From Mitosporidium daphniae (taxonomy: Eukaryota): a stretch of 42,519 bases of DNA. Each line of letters opens with the position of its first letter. Position 1 is the first letter of the stretch. Position numbers and translations under genes: made by a program. The notes beneath the pieces were generated by a model. It ran no database searches. It was not told where the DNA came from and saw only the letters and a program-made list of their open reading frames with translations. Of the stretch, positions 31,251 through 42,519 are shown one piece after another. Where the stretch lies: assembly GCF_000760515.2 (NCBI RefSeq), contig NW_013546511.1:62001-104519 (forward strand), given 5' to 3'.

Positions 31251-31399
31251 GGAAGCTCAATATTAGGGTTTGAGTTCCAGTGCAATTAATTAATTAATTA
31301 ATAATTTAACGTTCCGGAGGTGTATTTGCTGCGAATTTCAAACGTAACTATCCAATCAATTAGCAGCTACGTGAATACTCCGAAAAATTAGCGATATTT

Positions 31400-32100
31400 A
31401 TTGATTCGGTTTTCTCGTTGTATGAACTTGAACGATGGGGTTGACGAATCCTCTTACTCTTTTTGGGCGCATGTGCCTCACTTTCTTTATTGCCTTCCTC
31501 GATATGAACACCAAATTAGCATTTAATTGTGTAAAATTACAAGCTGCTTGAATTGAAGGTTGACTAGCCTTAAAAGTTAATTTGAGGGTATGGTGACTCA
31601 AGACATGTTTAAGAAGATGCCCGAAAAACTCTTTCAAACAGATATAAAGGGATTAGAGCTTGAAAAATCTACGATGATGCGTGTAAAGTAGAATCTAGGT
31701 AAGCATAAAAATGGGACTCACGAAGACTTTTATGAAAAATCTTGTGGTTTAACTGGAAAAGTTCCTTTCATCAAATAGACACCTGAGCGTATCGAAGGCG
31801 TTATCCGCGACAGCGCAATGACTATTTTTCAAGCTTTTGAGAATATAAACATCATGTACGAAGTAGGATTATGCCCCGACAATCATCAATAACGCAGAGC
31901 TAGAATTTGAGGAAGCGATTAAAAAAGCATCTATTAGGCCAAATGCTCACGAATTGCTAGGAAGAATATCTAGAAAAGCAATTGAAAGCTTGTAGAAAAG
32001 AGTTGAATCGAAGCTTTCGACACAAAGATCGTAAAAACTCTCAGAACCCCGAAATTTTACTCCAAGAATGCAAGACCCCTGTTGAAATATGTTGGCATGG
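31400..32100 (+). pseudogene. Decayed coding-like AT-rich sequence of unknown origin
   Basis: Protein-like runs (MVTQDMFKKMPEKLFQTDIKGLELEK; TPERIEGVIRDSAMTIFQAFENINIMYE; NAELEFEEAIKKASIRPNAHELLGRISRKAIES) broken by stops and frame changes. Confidence 0.35.
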
Positions 32101-32277
32101 ACCAATGGTAAATCCAATTGCAACTAAAATTGGAATTTTATTAAAGTTTAGATCGATTTTTTTAATTGGTTCCTCTTTTTGAATTGTGGCTATTCAAATC
32201 AACCCTTCTACTCTGCTTATGATTGGCCAGCTGGGCAAGAATGCATAAAAATTCAAAGTTCATTTCCTTTTTTGCAC

Positions 32278-33812
32278 ATGGATTACGCATTTGAAGCGGA
32301 GGAGCTGGAAACCACTGAAGTGACATCTTGTTACTTGGAGGGGACTTTGGCTTTGGAAACCAAGGTTTCATCCTTTACTCAGCAGCATCGAGTTTCAACT
32401 CGAAATTTGGAAAAAAATACGGGAGGCAGCATTGTCTTTGATAACGATCTCGAGGGGCATGTGAATAGGATAACATTTAAGCAGTCATGCATGTTATACC
32501 GCTTTTGGGAAATGATTTTTTCATTTTCTGAAAGGCTAGAAAAATCGACTTGCACCGAAGAAGTAGTGGATCTTTTCAGAAAATATGTCAAGGTTCCAGG
32601 TACGGGCGCATATTTTTACTTTAGAAATTCGATTAGACATCAAAAGAAAGAGCCGGCTGGGAAATCTATTTTCGCTGCCAAAATTTGAAAATCTGTCTTT
32701 GGAGCCTGATGGACAAACATTGCACGTCACAGAATCAGAACCCTCAATGGGAATTGAGGGTATTGAAAAGGGCACACAGAAAAGCAACCAAAAATCTGCG
32801 CTTAATGAACTGTGGCTTGGGATGTTAGGAAATTTTTCACATCCCGACATTAACCTTCTTCGATTTTTGCGTGCAAGAAAATGGTCGCTTGACGAGGCTT
32901 TCAAAATGTTTGTAGAGTGCTTATATTGGCGATGGTCCAAAGACGTTCTCTCTTTAATGAGGCTAGGTGAGTCTTCAATTCCGCTGCATTTGATGAAGAG
33001 TGGAAAAACCTTTTTCCACGGCACAGACAAGTCAGGCCATTCACTCATGTATTGCTTTGCATTTTAATTCTAGCTTTGTCCTTTCAAAAATGCACGACAG
33101 GCGGTCCCAATCAGAAGAGGAGAGTGAAAACTTTACAATCTACCACATGGAACTGGGAAGAAGAATGCTCGGAGAAGGAATGGAAAAGACAACTATTGTC
33201 TTTGACTTGAAAGATGCCGGTTATAATTCGCTGGACATTTCTTCTATTAGGCATATGATTACGTGTTTTCAAAGCAACTATCCAGAGAGCTTATATCGCT
33301 GTTATGTTTTGAATGCCCCGTGGCTGTTTTGGGCCCTTTGGAAGCTGGTTTCGCCGCTATTGGATCCCGTAGTTGCTGCCAAAATCACCTTTGTCAAAAG
33401 GGTTGAAGATTTGCTCAATTATGTCGATGAGGCGAACATACCATCTGCTGTTTTGTCAAAAGCAAGGCCGTTGGACAATGGATTAGTAGTGGTGACGCCC
33501 ATATTCTGTAAGTCTATTGAAAAAACAGACATTGATGAAAACCATTGGAATGAGGCGCTTTTAGCGTCTCTCGATGTTCTTAAGAAGAAAACTTTAAATA
33601 TAGCTTCAATCCTTAAAGACTGTTCCGAAGAGGATTTTGAAGACAAAGTGGGGGGACTGATATCTCAAAGAAAGATCACCCAGGAAGAGTATAAAAAGTA
33701 CGCTTCAGGCTCTTTATTGGCTTCATATGCAGAGAACGTATACGAACGGCACGGTATTCTCGATCACAGCGATCCCACATATTTAAATTGGAACAGAAGA
33801 CTGTATAGGTAG
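32278..33812 (+). CDS. Sec14/CRAL-TRIO lipid-transfer protein (Csr1/Sfh2-like)
   Basis: GHVNRIT..Q..L..FW, HPDINLLRFLRARKW, HGTDKSGH, IVFDL, CFQSNYPESL..CYVLNAPWLFWALWKLVSPLLDPVVAAKI; two tiny introns; start uncertain. Confidence 0.9.
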
Positions 33813-33912
33813 TGCCAACCAATCCGTTACAATGGGGGCAGGCGGCCGTGATGGATCATGTCAAATGACAACTTACAAAGTGCAGATTTAAATAAATTTT
33901 AATTTTTGTCTT

Positions 33913-35224
33913 ATGGACGAGTTTTTGGCCTTTGACAAGGAAGACAGGGAGCAGCAGCAACGGCATGAACATATGCCTAAAGAAGATAGGATCAAGAAGC
34001 GAGAATTTTCATCTAAATCAAGCCAAAGTGCCATAAAAAGAAAGAGGGAAGGAATTCGTCAAGTTCCTGCAAGCTCGCTTTTGTCGACTACTAGTCCTTG
34101 GATGGAGTATGCGGCGCATTCCTTCCTCTCGCCAAATCATACCATTTCAGAAAAAAGGCTGGCATACTGGAAGCACTATGCATCATTGCATCCGATTGTG
34201 CAGCTCCATGAAGAGATAATTGCATTTGAACAGTACATTTCACCAACACCATCTGAGATGAAGGCTAGGTCTGACCTACTCCAGCGGATAGACAATGTGG
34301 TGCAAGAATTATGGCCAGGCTCAAAGGTCCCTTTGGGCGTGTTTTAATTATTAGGTCTCTTCTTTCGGCTCGTTTTACACGCAGCTCTATTTGCCCACTT
34401 CAGACGTTGATCTTGTGGTAATAGGAAATAGCGGAAAATCGGGTCTGAGGCGGCTGGCTTCTGAACTCGTCAAACAGGGCCTGGCAGAACAGCACTCGAT
34501 CAAGGTCATCTCCAGAGCAAGGGTAAGTGCGCTTTTTTAACGCTAGATCCCAATTATAAAATTCACCGAAAAAAAGTCCAAAATTGTGGTGGACATCAGT
34601 TTTAATCAAGAGTCCGGAGTTGAAGGCTCTGAGAAGCTACGTCGTTTGGTCGGGAAATGGCCCGGAATTCTCCCGTTGCTTTTGGTTCTCAAGCAGTTTC
34701 TGCTCAATCGCGGTCTGAACGAGGTGTATTCTGGCGGGTTGAGCTCGTACGGCCTAATCCTACTTTGCGTGTCTTTTTTCCAGATGCATCCGATGATCCA
34801 GGCTCGGCTAATCCGGCCAGAAGAAAATTTGGGCGTGCTGCTGATCGAATTTTTTGAGCTGTTTGGCAAGTGCCTGTCGTATGACCGCGTTGGCGTTTCC
34901 GTGTTGGGACGAGGCTCCTATTTCGAAAAGGGCGAAAGATTTCCTATATCAAACCACCACAGCGGGCATTTGCTTGCAGTGGAGGATCCCTACGATACTT
35001 CGAACGACGTCACCAAAGCTTCCTTTTCGATTTCGGTGGTCAGGCAGGCATTCGGATACGCGTTTGAAATTCTTACGGCGCTGGTGGGCGAGCGATTGCG
35101 GATGCTTCTCGATCCGGATCCAGAACGCGTGGCCAGTTTGAAAGGACTGGCCGCACTGCCACCGTCACTGCTGTCTTCGATAGTAGTTGTCCCCGAAGAT
35201 GTCCGTAATCGTAGGCTCCAGTAA
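33913..35224 (+). CDS. TRF4: Trf4/Cid14-type non-canonical poly(A) polymerase (TRAMP)
   Basis: LHEEI..F..YISPT, FGSFYTQLYLPTSDVDLVV, ARIPIIKF, VDISFNQ, LKQFLLNRGLNEVYSGGLSSY, NLGVLLIEFFELFG, AVEDP. Confidence 0.93.
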
Positions 35225-35371
35225 GCAAATCGCGATAAGCGCAACATTGAGGCAAACCACCTCAGGCACATCGGGGAAGCGGAGCGTATTGCTCCGAAGC
35301 CGTCCCAATAAATTACCGTGTTTTTATTTTGCCGATACTACGTTATCGACGTGGAGCGCCGATTTTTGGAT

Positions 35372-36405
35372 TTATTGTGCCGCAGCTTTGATGGAGGCAG
35401 TCACCTTTGCAAAGACAATTTTTTCCCTACACGGAGTTAATAGTTTGCATCATACCAGTCGATTTTTGACTTGAAGATGGGAAGCGAGCGGCGCAGGTGT
35501 CGCAAGTTTTCCGCAAGAGTCTCGATTTCGCTCTTTATTTCAATTGCCAGAGGAACAATGGCCGTGGGAAGGTTTGAAACGAGGACGGGTTCAATTCGCA
35601 TCTGCTTGAAAAAGTGTGCACTGCAGTCATCGGTGGAATAAAAGCAGAACGACACCATGCCTGAGACAATCTTTTGCGTGCTTTTTTCGACAATCGCTTC
35701 CTGTAGCCAGCGCCCATTTCGTCTACAGGAAACAAGGGCAAAGAAACCTTTCACTCGTCGCCGAGGCAATAAGGCGCAACGAATCCTCAGTAGGGCCCTT
35801 AACTGCTGTCATGATGCTAAAGTTAGGGCGCAGATTCTTCAAGAAAAGCTCTCTGAAAGATCGAGCGCTTTCAATGGTATCTACGTCGAGCGTCTTTTCG
35901 TCTTCGGGCATCAGAGAAATATTTGTGGCCTCCTAACGGGGAGAAATAAACCAAATACCAATGATTTGGGGTCAATATCGAAAGAAAGCGATGCATTCAG
36001 ATTTTCGGCGTGGTAAATAAACGTGGCAGGCGTTCCCTTCATTCGTAGCTCGTCGCAGAGCAATAGCGACTAGGAGGTGATACATGATTATGATGATGAT
36101 CATACGATTTCGACGCTCGAGGCATCGGGGCGTGCAATCGTGCCTGCAGTGGGCGAGGACTGACCATCGCCTTCACTATCCATCTCACCATCGCCTATCA
36201 CTACACTGAAGCGGATAGGAAATCTAATCGAGACAAGATACTGGACGACCAATGAAAAGTCCTCCTCGCGGACGAGTGGCTTAATGACGGCGAGGAAGCG
36301 TCGTGGCTCTACCACAGCTAGCAGCGGATTGAGTGTCCGTAGCAGCGCCCAGCAACTCTTGCCATGAAGGTCAGGGGAGGAGGCCACGTTGGCTTGATTG
36401 CACAT
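35372..36405 (-). CDS. Hypothetical multi-exon protein (~300 aa) with a basic NLS-like segment
   Basis: Minus-strand ORF pieces can be joined by about five small GT-AG introns; RKRLSKKARKRL; stop TAA overlaps AATAAA; no family recognised. Confidence 0.6.
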
Positions 36406-36437
36406 TGATGGAAATTAAAATTAAATTTTATTCTAAT

Positions 36438-36665
36438 TCAGCGCCATCCGACTGGATGTTTATTGAAGACTGGCCAGTCAGGTACTACAATCAAGATGGC
36501 CACCAAGATGCCAAATAAAAAGCCATAAGTCGTTATCGGCATATTCTGAGCGTAGAATCCAACCCCGAAGCTTGCCAAGCCAAAGAAGACAAGAATTAGC
36601 CTCATCATGTATTCACTGCGATTTTGCCCATGGAAATCCTACATGTAAGTGCGCCATCGTACCAT
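36438..36665 (-). CDS. SPC1: Signal peptidase complex subunit Spc1/SPC12 (67 aa; absent from the ORF track)
   Basis: ATG (36665-36663), 24-nt intron 36662-36639, then DFHGQNRSEYMMRLILVFFGLASFGVGFYAQ...LIVVPDWPVFNKHPVGWR*, matching the SPC12 MDF.GQ...P.WP.Y..HP..W pattern. Confidence 0.92.
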
Positions 36666-36796
36666 CCCCCAAATTTGTATGAAAAGGAAAACACCAATTT
36701 ATCAGCCTAAATATTACAGCTCCAACCCTAATTAGCGGCTAAATTTTAATGGTCAAGTAAATTTTAGTTTACGCATCACAAATTTTATCTTCCCGC

Positions 36797-39700
36797 ATGC
36801 TTGCGACGACGACGACCACCGCGATGACGACGTCGAGCTTGCCATACACAGGCTCTGCGGCTGCGTCCATCATGGCGACACCCTCGCGGGCGCCGCTGAA
36901 GCGCGTCAGCACGGTGCAGTTTGGGTTGCTCTCACCGGATGAGATTGTAAGACAATTTTCCTTTCGATTTTCTTTTTCCCTTCACATTTACTTATTGCCT
37001 CGATATTTCGGGCTTCCCCATTAACTTTTTTATTGGAAATTACATTTTTTCGTATTTTCTAACCCGCAGCGGGCAGTATCCGTGGCCCGGATCGAGTACC
37101 CAGAAACGGTGGAGGGCGGCGTGCCAAAGATCGGTGGTCTGGCGGACCCGCGTCTTGGCACCAACGACCGGGCCGTCAAATGCGCCACATGTGCCGGGTC
37201 TATGTCCGACTGCCCTGGGCATTTTGGCCACATCGAATTGGCACGACCGGTCTTCCATATCGGCTACATTGACAAGATCAAAAAAATACTAGAATGCATC
37301 TGCTTTCACTGCGGGCGATTGCGAGTAGATCCTGGTGTTGCTGCAAAGGCAGCAGTAGCGCGTTCGATGCGCGAGTCCCGGGCACGTCTCAGCGCCGTCT
37401 GGGCAATATCCAAGACGCGTATGCGTTGCGACGTTACGATCGAGCAACCGGTGGCCGAGGGCGCAATATCATCATCTGACGCTGCCAGCTTCCACGAAGG
37501 CGAAGAAGAGGATGGCGATTGGGTTTCTTACAAAGAGGAGGCAGCCAAGCGGAAAGCACAGTCCAAGGATGAACGTAAAGGGCAGCCTCTAATGGTTGGG
37601 TGCGGCCAGATCCAGCCACAAATCCGTCGAGATGGGCTGCGATTAATGGCCGTCATTCCCGCTTCAAAGGCTGCAGGGGACGAAGCACTTTCCCGCAGCG
37701 TTGTGCCACCTTCACGCGTGCTCGCGCTATTCCGCAAGATTCGCGATGAAGATTTGATAACAATGGGGCTTTCGCCCATTTTCGCGCGACCCGAATGGAT
37801 GGTGCTCAGCGTGCTAGCTGTGCCGCCTCCACCGGTACGACCGGCAATCCAAGCCGATTCAGGTGCCGCCATCAAAGGCGAAGATGACTTGACACACAAA
37901 CTGGCAGACATTGTCAAAGCGAACGCTGCTTTAGCACGGCACGAGGCTGAAGGGGCTCCTGCACACATCTTGGCAGAGTTTGAGGCTCTTTTACAGTTCC
38001 ACTGCGCTACATTTATTGATAACGAAATTCCAGGGCAACCACAGGCTTTGCAAAAAAGTGGCCGGCCACTTAAAGCCCTACGTGCACGTCTTAAAGGCAA
38101 AGAGGGCCGTTTGCGTGGAAATCTCATGGGAAAGCGTGTTGATTTTTCTGCACGTACGGTGATCTCCCCAGACCCGAACCTAGAACTGGATGAGGTTGGT
38201 GTGCCTCGCTCTATCGCCATGACGTTAACTGTGCCAGAACGCGTGACCCCATGGAACGTAGAGCGGCTGGCGGCGTTGGTGCGAGAAGGACCTCGGGTTC
38301 ATCCTGGAGCACGATACGTTATCCGCGAGGACGGGACTCGCGTAGATCTTCGTTTTGCGACCCCAGAGTCGTCATTATTGTTGGCACGCAATGTAGTTGT
38401 GGAGCGCCATTTGTCTGATGGCGATATCGTGCTTTTCAATCGGCAACCATCGCTACACAAAATGTCAATGATGGCCCATCGAGTGCGTGTGATGCCCTAC
38501 TCGACATTCCGGCTAAATCTTTCCGTGACAACGCCCTACAATGCAGACTTTGACGGGGATGAAATGAACATGCATGTTCCGCAAGGCCCCGAATCGGCTA
38601 CAGAACTACGCTCACTTGCCGCGGTCACGACACAAATCATCTCGCCGCAAGGATGCAAGCCAGTGATGGGCATCGTACAGGATTCACTAACGGGTATCCG
38701 CAAAATGACGCGGCGGGATGTCTTTGTGAGCTGGAGCCATGTCATGGGCTGTCTATGGGCCGCTGCGTCGCCACAATGGAATGGCCGGCTGCCGATGCCG
38801 GCCGTGCTCAAACCTGTTGCCCAGTGGACGGGGAAGCAGCTCATTTCGCAAGTATTGCCGCCAGGTCTCAACGTTTCTGGGTTTCATGCTGCGCACATCG
38901 ATGGCGAGCGCGACAATCTCTCCGACACACAGGTACGTTTGCACACACACACACACACAAAATTTCGGCTCCATTTACGTTGTCTTTGCTCGATGCATTG
39001 TGTTTACCCTGTGCTTATCCACAACTCTGTAGGTGCTGATTGAGGATGGGCAATTGCTGACAGGAATTTTGTGCAAGCGTACCGTGGGTACGGCGGCTGG
39101 TGGACTGATCCACGTGCTTGTCAACGATGGCCATTGCTGGAGCGGTGGCGAGCCAGCAGCCTGTGCTTTTTTCGGCAGCTTGCAACGCCTAGTGACTCAT
39201 TGGCTACTAGAAAACGGGTTCTCCATCGGCATCGGAGACACGGTCGCCGATGCAGCCACCATGGCTACCATAACAGAAACGATTCGCACAGCAAAACGAA
39301 ATGTCTCGGCAATTATTTCGCGGGCGCAGGCGGGGCGGCTCACGACGCTCCCCGGTATGACGGGGCGTTCCACGTTCGAGCACGAAATTTGCAAGGAATT
39401 AAATAGGGCGCGCGATCACTCTGGTGCGTCGGCTCAGCGCTTCTTACGCGAACAAAACAACGTCAAACAGATGGTGGTCGCTGGCTCAAAAGGCACCTTC
39501 ATCAATCTTTCGCAAATGACTGCGTGTGTGGGGCAACAAACGGTAGAGGGCTCACGCATTCCGATGAGCTTTGGCGGTGGCGGCGGCGCCTCGCGCACGC
39601 TGCCACATTTTCTCAAATCGGACGATGGGCCTGAATCGCGCGGCTTTGTGGAAAACTCGTATTTGCGCGGGCTGACGCCACAAGAGTTCTTCTTTCATGC

Positions 39701-42455
39701 GATGGGAGGACGTGAAGGGCTTATCGATACTGCCGTCAAAACTGCCGAGACAGGCTACATTCAACGGCGGCTTGTAAAAGCGCTAGAGGATCTTACTGTC
39801 GCATATGATGGCACTGTGCGCAACGGTCTCGGGCAAGTTGTCCAATTCGCATACGGCGATGACGGCATGGATGCCCAAGCCCTTGAGCGCATCAACGTTG
39901 CTGCTTTAGTAGGTGGTGCACCTACCGGTGGAGTTACCGTTCCCACCCACACGGGTGCGTATCCATCCTATGCGTCATTATTGGAGGCAGAGCAGCGGGG
40001 CTTGGCAGCAGCAGCACTAGCTTTTCCGCGCACTGGGCTTGTGGAATTGCAGGCACTACCTGTCAACATTTCGCGCCTACTTTGGAACGCTCGCATTCGG
40101 TTTCATTTGGGCACAGGAGGCGCCAATGTTCAGCCCGTTGACTCGCGCCATGCTCTGGTTGCTGTTGCATCTCTTGTGGATCGTCTCAAGTCCACGGTAA
40201 TCCCAGGAGGGGCAAGTTTTCCTTCCTCTTCAATCATTACCCCGCATTTGCTGGTGATGACGCCTCTTGAGGCGGCAGTGCGTATGGGACTGTCGCTAGC
40301 GCAGATCACTGCACATCGATTAACGCGCGAGGCTTTTGATTGGGTTGTAGGAGAGGTTGAGGCCCGCGTGCGCAAAGCGCATGTAGCCCCAGGAGAAATG
40401 GTTGGTGTCATTGCCGCACAATCGATTGGCGAGCCTGCAACACAAATGACGCTAAACACGTTCCACTTGGCAGGTGTCTCGCATGGCCAGTTGACACATG
40501 GTGTGCCGCGGCTTAAGGAGCTCATCAACGCTGCTGTAAATACACGCACGCCTTCACTGACCATCCGACCTGCAATCAATCGGACTAGTGGGTCTGCAGA
40601 ATCTTCTCCCCTAGAGATCGCTAAAGAAGTCGCCGCATTGCTCGAAGCAACGCCCCTGCGCGCACTGACAGCGTATACACAGGTCATCTATGACCCGGCT
40701 GTGGAGAGCACAGTTGTGGCTGAGGATTCAGATCTTGTCGAGGCATACTTTGCATTACCCGATGCTGCCTTACTGGAGGCATCGCAGCGGGCTTCTCCAT
40801 GGATATTGCGGTTAGTGCTAGACCGTGCTAGCATGTTGGATCACGGCGTCACCATTGGTGATATAGCACGAGCACTCGGGGATGCCTACGGCCAAGACTT
40901 GCTTATTTTGCATGCTGACGAGAATGCAGACCATCCCGTAGTACGTTGCCGAGTTATTCGTCCAGAAGCTATGGATACTGATGGAAACACTGACGATTTA
41001 CTGGCGGACGATTCATGCGCTGAGGATCTCTTTCTGCGGCGTGTCGAAGCAAATATGATGGAGAGTATTTGGCTCAAAGGCATTCCAGGCATCAACCGTG
41101 TATTTATTGTGGAGCGAGCTGCGGGGGCCACCGCTGCAACCGTTGAACTGCAGACAGCAGGTGCTGGTGGCCTAGGTGCGCTCTTTGGGCATGCTCCTGT
41201 GCTCGATGCAATCGACTGCTCACGCACACTTTCAAATTCGGTGCCTGAAATTGCGACGGTACTGGGAATCGAGGCTGCACGTGCCGCATTGCTTAATGAG
41301 TTGCGGGATGTGATTGAGACCGGCGGCTCATACGTCAATGGGCGGCATCTCTCGCTGTTGGCCGATATCATGACGCGTCGAGGGATTGTGACGGGTATCA
41401 CACGCCACGGTACCAACAGAGACGATCATGGCGCACTGATGCGGTGTTCCTTCGAGGAGACTGTAGAGATCTTGATGGAAGCCGGAGCGTCCGGTGAGCT
41501 CAATCCCGTTGGATCCTCGCTTTCCGAGTCGGTGATGATGGGGCAAATGGCGCCCATTGGGACTGGATCATTTGACCTGCTGCTTGATGAGGACCGACTT
41601 GCAATGGGCGCTCTTGTACCGGCACTTTCTGCGACAGCATACTCTATGGTTGCTGCGCAAGCGACAAACATGATGTCCACAGTGTCTGGTTCAGCCACGC
41701 CAGGGTCACTTGGCTTTCGCTCGCCATGGGTGCAGACTGGAGCTGGATCTTCGCCACAGCCGTACCTGAAAGGATCGCGCTCGCCTACGTTCCGCTCTTC
41801 TGGAGATGGATATCGCACACCGGGTGACATTGGCTTTTCTCCTTTTTCTACATCCAGCGGCTTTTCCTCCGGCTCGTCCCCGTCATGGTGGGGCGGTCGC
41901 TCGCCTGCTGCTCTTGTGGGAAGGTTTTCGCCTACCTCGCCAGGATATAGCCCGACGTCGCCTGGGTACAGCCCAACGTCTCCGGGGTACAGCCCAACAT
42001 CTCCGGGGTACAGTCCAACTAGTCCTAGTTATAGCCCAACTAGTCCAAGTTATAGCCCAACTAGTCCTAGCTACAGCCCTACCAGCCCGAGTTACAGTCC
42101 GACTAGCCCTAGCTACAGTCCGACTAGTCCAAGTTACAGTCCAACTAGTCCAAGTTACAGTCCGACTAGTCCAAGTTACAGCCCGACTAGTCCAAGTTAC
42201 AGCCCGACTAGCCCTAGCTATTCACCCACTAGTCCTAGCTACAGTCCGACTAGCCCTAGCTATTCACCCACTAGCCCAAGTTACAGTCCTACTAGTCCTA
42301 GCTACAGCCCTACCAGCCCAAGTTACAGTCCTACTAGCCCAAAATATTCGCCATCCTCACCAAGGCCTGGCGCCTTTTCTCAGACAGCCTTCTCACCCAA
42401 GTCTCCCGGATACTCTCCCTCGCTCTCTTCTTCCGGCCAGCGGCACAAGAAGTGA
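36797..42455 (+). CDS. RPB1: RNA polymerase II largest subunit
   Basis: VQFGLLSPDEI, CPGHFGHIEL, GKRVDFSARTVI, YNADFDGDEMN, bridge helix HAMGGREGLIDTAVKTA, QMTLNTFH, heptad CTD; introns 36947-37069 and 38933-39032. Confidence 0.99.
38942..38959. repeat. (CA)n microsatellite in RPB1 intron 2
   Basis: CACACACACACACACACA. Confidence 0.9.
41925..42365 (+). repeat. RPB1 CTD heptad array (21-nt period)
   Basis: FSPTSPG, 3x YSPTSPG, 15x YSPTSPS, YSPTSPK, YSPSSPR. Confidence 0.95.
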
Positions 42456-42519
42456 TCAATAAATGGATAATTCTGATCTTTTCTAATTTCATCAACTAAA
42501 TTTAGCCAGTTTAGTGGCG

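Noticed and set aside
37528..41830. Several long antisense ORFs within RPB1
   Set aside because: Expected in GC-rich coding DNA; no independent signals
41806..42462. 218-aa alternative-frame ORF with (VTVRLVQ)n repeats
   Set aside because: Frame shadow of the RPB1 CTD repeat

Overview
Gene-dense eukaryotic nuclear DNA, not prokaryotic. About 25 protein genes are packed with spacers often only 30-150 nt long, and most are broken by very small (23-35 nt) GT-AG introns, which fragments the ORF track. Gene content and architecture point to a compact-genome early-diverging fungal relative with a genome-bearing mitochondrion (Rozellomycota / basal microsporidian grade, e.g. Mitosporidium- or Paramicrosporidium-like; this is an inference). 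Recognisable genes in order: PAM16, ATG2, tRNA-His(GUG), POP4, ATG11, THOC1/HPR1, a Rap1-like protein, an M14 carboxypeptidase, SUB2, MPO1-like, mitochondrial ClpX, PMI40, SEY1, DOA1, eIF2A, LCB1, mL50, a CSR1-like CRAL-TRIO protein, TRF4-like, SPC1 and RPB1. Manual splicing revealed two genes absent from the ORF track: SPC1 with an ATG-only first exon, and an 86-aa protein resembling only the Sec15 N-terminus. The most unusual items are an unexplained ~290-nt structured intergenic region before Rap1, a secreted FPGP-repeat/8-Cys protein laid out like an antimicrobial-peptide precursor, a secreted Thr/Pro-rich protein, the mini-Sec15, three-copy repeats upstream of several genes, and a bimodal intron-length pattern. 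All family assignments come from recalled motifs; no database search was run.
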